A stretch of 52,686 nucleotides of DNA from a virus. Taxonomy: Duplodnaviria > Caudoviricetes. The notes beneath the pieces were generated by a model. It saw only the letters and a program-made list of their open reading frames with translations, ran no database searches and was not told the origin of the DNA. This document shows, piece by piece, positions 48,470 through 52,686 of this stretch (positions within the stretch are counted from its first letter, which is position 1; each line of letters starts with the position of its first letter). The stretch spans positions 1 through 52,686 of the IMG/VR virus record IMGVR_UViG_3300030333_003828, one strand, 5' to 3'. The position numbers and the translations under genes are program-made.

Positions 48470-48753
48470 TACTTATCTGACCTTAGACCATTTATAAATC
48501 CTCTTACTGCACCACCAACAACATTATCCACTAGGTCAATAAGCCAAGGTTCTATAGTTTTATTCCAAACACCTTTTGTTACTTTCCATTTAGACAGACC
48601 CAAAGTCATTGCGCTACCTAAACTCTCAAAAGCTGTTTCTACTATTGAACATATATGCTCGTTCGGAACTTTCTTCAAAACCCATAGAACTATTCCAGCA
48701 GTACCTCCACCAGCTAATAGTCCTAAGTTTCCTGTAATTAAAGATAAATCCAT
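48469..48753 (-). CDS. Small membrane protein (holin candidate)
   Basis: Hydrophobic N-terminus; GAGGAG RBS. Confidence 0.5.
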   Translation of the reverse strand: MDLSLITGNLGLLAGGGTAGIVLWVLKKVPNEHICSIVETAFESLGSAMTLGLSKWKVTKGVWNKTIEPWLIDLVDNVVGGAVRGFINGLRSDK

Positions 48754-48782
48754 GATTTCTCCTCTTTAGTTACTATAATTTA

Positions 48783-50198
48783 CTAAACTGTTCCCCATAA
48801 TTCAATGAGAAACTTACCACCAGTATATTCAGTATCAGTAGCATTTTCCCCAGTAATAAAATATAAATAATTATCTGCTGTTACCACTGTTCCAAATGCT
48901 TTAGTCATCCCTGCAGTCCATGCCTCTCCATTTGTTATCAATGCAGTAGATGAAGACAAGCTACCTGCTTCTGCATGAGTTGACTCATTATCAAAATGCA
49001 AATCAATATCATCAATGCTGGAATGTCCAGTTGGAGCTTCGATGCAAGTCATTCTTCCACCAACTATAGCTCCGCATACTGCAGTAGTTACTTGTCCTAA
49101 ATGACAATTTGCTGTTCCGCCGTCCTTACCAATTACTTTAGCATCTCCATTAGCTCTCAAGGTAGCAATATCAATATAAATACTAGTCTTAATCATATTG
49201 CCGTATCTTTCAACCCAGCTATTGTAAGTTTCTCCAGTAGCTGCTGTAATACCTGTTCCAGCTGTTAATCCAGTATTTCCACTACATAATACCTTACCAG
49301 TAAATGTAGTAGGTTGAGAAACTGCAATTGTATCAGTAATAAAAGCCATATAAGTCGAACCTCCAGAATCCTTGATTTCTAATCCATCTGAATCTGGAAA
49401 GATAATATCTCTAGCACCGCTAAATGTTACATTGCCCGATAGAGACAATGCCCCTGATAATGTTACAGCTCCACCTGATGCAACTGAAATTGATGTTGTT
49501 CCTGAAGTAGAAGACAGACCTGTTGTTCTTATCTGCCCAGGACATGATACATAAGAGCTACTAGCTGTTGCATGAGGTACAATTTCTAACATTGAGACAT
49601 AAGTCCCTGCTGAAGCTATATCATTACCTATTATCAGTCTTTGATTAGACTGGTTAACTAATAATTCCCATTCATCTCCAGCGTCATCTCCCTCATCACC
49701 CTTAAGTTTTAAACTTGCATTGCCACCTTCAGCACCTACGATATTTGCATCGCCACCATTTACAGTTAAATCACCTGTAATAGTAACATTATCTGATGTA
49801 TCTAATGTTATTGCTGTTCCACCGTCAGAGGCATATAATACATTATTTCCAAGCTTCACTCCTGCCGCAGCAGTAAGTAAAGCATCTGTCGTAATAGCAT
49901 TGGTAATATTTCCACCTGATATTGTTAAATCACCTGCTATTGTAAGATTTTCACTAGTATCTAAGGTTAATGTTGTTGTTCCTTCAGAATTATAAATAAT
50001 ATTATTATCTAATTCAATTCCAGCAGTAGCAGTAATTTTACCTGTAAATGTTAATGCTGTTGTTAATGTAGTCAGTTTAACATCTGCATCTGTCGATGAA
50101 TCTGTATAATATATATCACCAACGCCACTGCTAGTTTTATCTGTAAAGACTAAACTTTTATATGTTGTGGCAATTGGGTTTGCTGTTAATGTTCCCAT
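48783..50198 (-). CDS. Tail fibre protein with internal repeats
   Basis: GDLTISGG/GDLTVNGG triple-beta motifs and a duplicated ~50-aa unit. Confidence 0.7.
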   Translation of the reverse strand: MGTLTANPIATTYKSLVFTDKTSSGVGDIYYTDSSTDADVKLTTLTTALTFTGKITATAGIELDNNIIYNSEGTTTLTLDTSENLTIAGDLTISGGNITNAITTDALLTAAAGVKLGNNVLYASDGGTAITLDTSDNVTITGDLTVNGGDANIVGAEGGNASLKLKGDEGDDAGDEWELLVNQSNQRLIIGNDIASAGTYVSMLEIVPHATASSSYVSCPGQIRTTGLSSTSGTTSISVASGGAVTLSGALSLSGNVTFSGARDIIFPDSDGLEIKDSGGSTYMAFITDTIAVSQPTTFTGKVLCSGNTGLTAGTGITAATGETYNSWVERYGNMIKTSIYIDIATLRANGDAKVIGKDGGTANCHLGQVTTAVCGAIVGGRMTCIEAPTGHSSIDDIDLHFDNESTHAEAGSLSSSTALITNGEAWTAGMTKAFGTVVTADNYLYFITGENATDTEYTGGKFLIELWGTV

Positions 50199-50206
50199 AC
50201 TAACTC

Positions 50207-50488
50207 CTAAGTTGTCTCGCTATGTTTATTTCTATGCCACACAGCAACCTGTGATGTACTAAATTTTACTGAAGACATATCAGAATCATTAAATTTATCT
50301 GCTGTCTCAGTAAATACACTAAAATCAAAATCTCCTGGTAGCTCTTTTTTCTTAGTATTAGGCAGATGACTTATACTCACTTCAGAATACCTTGTATTCT
50401 GTAATGTCGAAGAAGCAGCACCTTTTTTCTTGCCATATACTTTAGTTCTACCTTTAATATGAGTTCTTGTAAAAGTACTAGTAGGCAT
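50207..50488 (-). CDS. Hypothetical structural-region protein
   Basis: TAATG-coupled; GGAG RBS. Confidence 0.55.
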   Translation of the reverse strand: MPTSTFTRTHIKGRTKVYGKKKGAASSTLQNTRYSEVSISHLPNTKKKELPGDFDFSVFTETADKFNDSDMSSVKFSTSQVAVWHRNKHSETT

Positions 50489-50904
50489 TAAAACTCCACG
50501 GGTGAAACAATGCCAGTAGTAGTATAATTACTCCTAGAAAACTTCTTAGCTTCTTTTACATTTTTCTCATACTCATTATCAAAATATTGAGCCACATCTA
50601 ATTGTAGAGAAGGTGGTCTTTTGTAACCCATTGCAATTACTTTATTCACTAAAGCTTCGTGAAATTGAACAGGTATATCGCCTAAGGGACCTATTGTCGA
50701 ACTAGCATAGTCAGAATCTTTTATAAGGCTACCAGTAGTAAAATAATCAGCTCTGCATATAGCATGTATTACCAATGGCTTGGCTTCAGATATAGTAATA
50801 TATTCAGTCGTAACGCCATCTACAGTTGTAGTATTTGTCCCCTTCTCAACTAAAGCCAACCTATCATTACTAACATAATAAAATCTTTCTGGATTAGTAG
50901 CCAT
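50488..50904 (-). CDS. Head-tail adaptor/ring-like protein (C-terminal-type half)
   Basis: DIPVQFHEALVNKVIAMGY motif typical of podovirus adaptor C-termini. Confidence 0.55.
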   Translation of the reverse strand: MATNPERFYYVSNDRLALVEKGTNTTTVDGVTTEYITISEAKPLVIHAICRADYFTTGSLIKDSDYASSTIGPLGDIPVQFHEALVNKVIAMGYKRPPSLQLDVAQYFDNEYEKNVKEAKKFSRSNYTTTGIVSPVEF

Positions 50905-51200
50905 TACAATTCCTCCTCTGTAGTATCATCAATAGGAGGTTTCCCAATTAATCTCGATATCCTTACATTGTTTAAATATACTTCTCTAATTCTTAAAACT
51001 TCCTCAGGGATAGTATAGTATCTTTTATCTGCTGTAGTACTATCAGCAGAAGCATCTGACCCTAAAGAATATGAATCTTTTAATATTTCAGTTTTTGCAC
51101 AAAAATCGTCAGACGCTCTATTTAGAAGTACTCTAATTTCATTTTCTGTCATATCTGGATGATGCTGTTGAACCATCTCTATCATTTCAAGCAGTTTCAT
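50904..51200 (-). CDS. Head-tail adaptor/ring-like protein (N-terminal-type half)
   Basis: EIRVLLNRASDDFCAKT...YYTIPEEVLRIREV pattern. Confidence 0.55.
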   Translation of the reverse strand: MKLLEMIEMVQQHHPDMTENEIRVLLNRASDDFCAKTEILKDSYSLGSDASADSTTADKRYYTIPEEVLRIREVYLNNVRISRLIGKPPIDDTTEEEL

Positions 51201-51882
51201 TTTCTACCCCCATTGCTTTGTAAGGAAGTGCTAATCGTTGCATTTCATCTTGATAAGCTTTATCTAATACTCCTAATTGTGATTGAAGTATTTGAACCAA
51301 TTCAGCATCTTCATCGTCTTGAGCTGCTTCGCTTATCCTTGCATTTAATAATGCAATACTAGATTTTATACAGGATAAATGCATTGCACTTTCTGGAAAC
51401 CCTCTGCCAGAAGTTCCCTCAGCTATATCTTCAAAAGTAGTTAAAGTAGATATATCTTGACTAAAATACTCAAAGAAATAAACAATATAAATAGAAGAAC
51501 TTACCCTATTTGCAACATCAATATAATTTGTATTAGGATGAATTGTATATACTGGATTCCTTGTTCCTCCAGCATAGAAAATACTCCTAGTATCTTCTGC
51601 CTTTAAAAACTCATCAAAAGTTACTTCTCTAACAGTCCTTGTATCAGTACTTCCTTCACTTTGAGAAGTAACAATTAATATCTTCTTATCATGAGCTCTA
51701 TAACTTGCAGTTAAAGTATCGTTTTCTAAGAAACGACTTAACCATAATTCAGAGTCAGCAGGTATTAAATCTGCAATATAATTGAAGCTATCTCGTATAA
51801 TATCTTCGTAAGAAGTTACGACAGAAGCACTCATATCGCTTCCAATTAAGTCTTGTATTCTACTTGCTATCGTCGCTGCCAT
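51187..51882 (-). CDS. Head-tail adaptor/ring-like protein
   Basis: Helix-beta-helix layout (RIQDLIG...FPESAMHL) within the tail cluster. Confidence 0.5.
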   Translation of the reverse strand: MAATIASRIQDLIGSDMSASVVTSYEDIIRDSFNYIADLIPADSELWLSRFLENDTLTASYRAHDKKILIVTSQSEGSTDTRTVREVTFDEFLKAEDTRSIFYAGGTRNPVYTIHPNTNYIDVANRVSSSIYIVYFFEYFSQDISTLTTFEDIAEGTSGRGFPESAMHLSCIKSSIALLNARISEAAQDDEDAELVQILQSQLGVLDKAYQDEMQRLALPYKAMGVENETA

Positions 51883-52024
51883 CTTCTACTTCTTCTTCAT
51901 TATTTATTTGGTCTAGCACTTCTATTGCACCAAGAAGTTTTAATCTAAGTTGAGTTAATCTATCTAACTCCATAGTAACCTTTTTCAAATCTTCTTTTAA
52001 TGTTTCTAACTTTTCTTCTACCAT
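51860..52024 (-). CDS. 54-aa coiled-coil protein
   Basis: Not in the track. MVEEKLETLKEDLKKVTMELDRLTQLRLKLLGAIEVLDQI...; AGGAG RBS. Confidence 0.65.
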   Translation of the reverse strand: MVEEKLETLKEDLKKVTMELDRLTQLRLKLLGAIEVLDQINNEEEVEDGSDDSK

Positions 52025-52378
52025 TTATTCTCCTGTGAATGTTGAACTTCCTACTAAAGTCTGCGCTTCAGACCTGGTTAATATACTAAACTCTGGGTAA
52101 CTTTTACTAGCACCAAGTGCCATTAATTCTGACAGAACCCCTTCCTTCATAGACCACTCACCCTTGATAATACAATATGCTTTATCATGTGAATAAGCAG
52201 GAACTCCTACCTTACCTGCAAATATTATATCATGCCATGTAGGAGCTGATTTATATGTTACCTCTCCAGTATCTTCATCTACTGATTCCACTATTGGATA
52301 TAGTGCTTTAATTTTAGTCCCAACAGCACTATCGTATGCACTGCTAGGTATACAAAAATACATTTCATAATGTGCCAT
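52025..52378 (-). CDS. Hypothetical protein, partner of the LamG protein
   Basis: ATG overlaps the LamG protein stop; AGGAG RBS. Confidence 0.65.
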   Translation of the reverse strand: MAHYEMYFCIPSSAYDSAVGTKIKALYPIVESVDEDTGEVTYKSAPTWHDIIFAGKVGVPAYSHDKAYCIIKGEWSMKEGVLSELMALGASKSYPEFSILTRSEAQTLVGSSTFTGE

Positions 52379-52686
52379 TATCTATGACTCCTTTTACCTG
52401 CGTTATAAATTCTTAAAACTTCCTTTGCTGTTAATGTATCGCTATAAAATAATAAATCATCTATATATCCTGGGAATGTTGCTCCACTAGTACCAACTCC
52501 AGTTCCAGCTGTATTCATATCATTTCCAATCATCATTGGATTATTGCCTGCTTGCATTGCTCGAGAAGCAGCAGTTGCTTTATTATCATCAGCTTCTTTA
52601 CCTTCTTTAGCTACTATAATTCCATTTACAAATACATAAAAGGGAGCTCTATTTGTTAAATTATTAGGATTACCCGCTTCCCAACC
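52378..52686 (-). CDS. 3' end of the origin-spanning LamG protein
   Basis: ...PFYVFVNG...MMIGND...FPGYIDDLLFYSDTLTAKEVLRIYNAGKRSHR*; in frame with 1..3655. Confidence 0.8.
   Translation of the reverse strand, partial: GWEAGNPNNLTNRAPFYVFVNGIIVAKEGKEADDNKATAASRAMQAGNNPMMIGNDMNTAGTGVGTSGATFPGYIDDLLFYSDTLTAKEVLRIYNAGKRSHR
52587..52686. repeat. Direct terminal repeat, right copy
   Basis: 99/100 identical to 1-100. Confidence 0.95.

Noticed and set aside
48767-48777. TAGTTACTATA shared with 13323-33 as a possible late promoter
   Set aside because: Only two copies of an AT-rich 11-mer, which is compatible with chance.
50938-50950. GGGAAAC slippery-like site that might fuse the two adaptor ORFs
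   Set aside because: It is in the wrong phase, the -1 frame hits TGA before the second ORF, and the second ORF has its own RBS.
2334-51362. Short antisense or nested ORFs in the track (e.g. 2334, 3423, 6276, 9671, 17756, 27128, 37277, 49720)
   Set aside because: They are shadows of long genes on the opposite strand or frame, with no RBS or motifs.
1-52686. Stop-codon recoding as in some crAss-like phages
   Set aside because: Code 11 gives dense intact ORFs; TAG and TGA end real genes (terL, portal); no suppressor tRNA seen.
52587-52686. Biological terminal repeat
   Set aside because: It is exactly 100 bp and falls in the middle of a gene, so it is more likely an assembly overlap of a circular contig.

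Overview
This window is an apparently complete, circularly assembled ~52.6 kb AT-rich tailed-phage genome: positions 1-100 repeat at 52587-52686 with 99/100 identity, and one ORF reads in frame across the junction. I saw no integrase, repressor, DNA polymerase, tRNA or CRISPR array, so it is probably lytic. There are two divergent arms meeting at a repeat-rich control region (13167-13721). The minus arm carries the endolysin, terminase, P22-like portal, scaffold, capsid, lectin-domain and tail proteins, holin-like genes, ejection proteins and a 2861-aa protein with a DLDGD two-barrel RNA polymerase motif (crAss-like virion RNAP). The plus arm carries early genes followed by a replication/recombination module. 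The standout is a complete phage-encoded ubiquitin-like cassette among the early genes: Ubl ending GG-KK, E2-like protein, JAB/MPN+ protease and ThiF/E1. It is preceded and interrupted by unusually structured non-coding DNA (multi-stem folds with long loop-loop pairings) that looks like unrecognised ncRNA. All family calls come from motif recognition by eye; no searches or folding programs were run.
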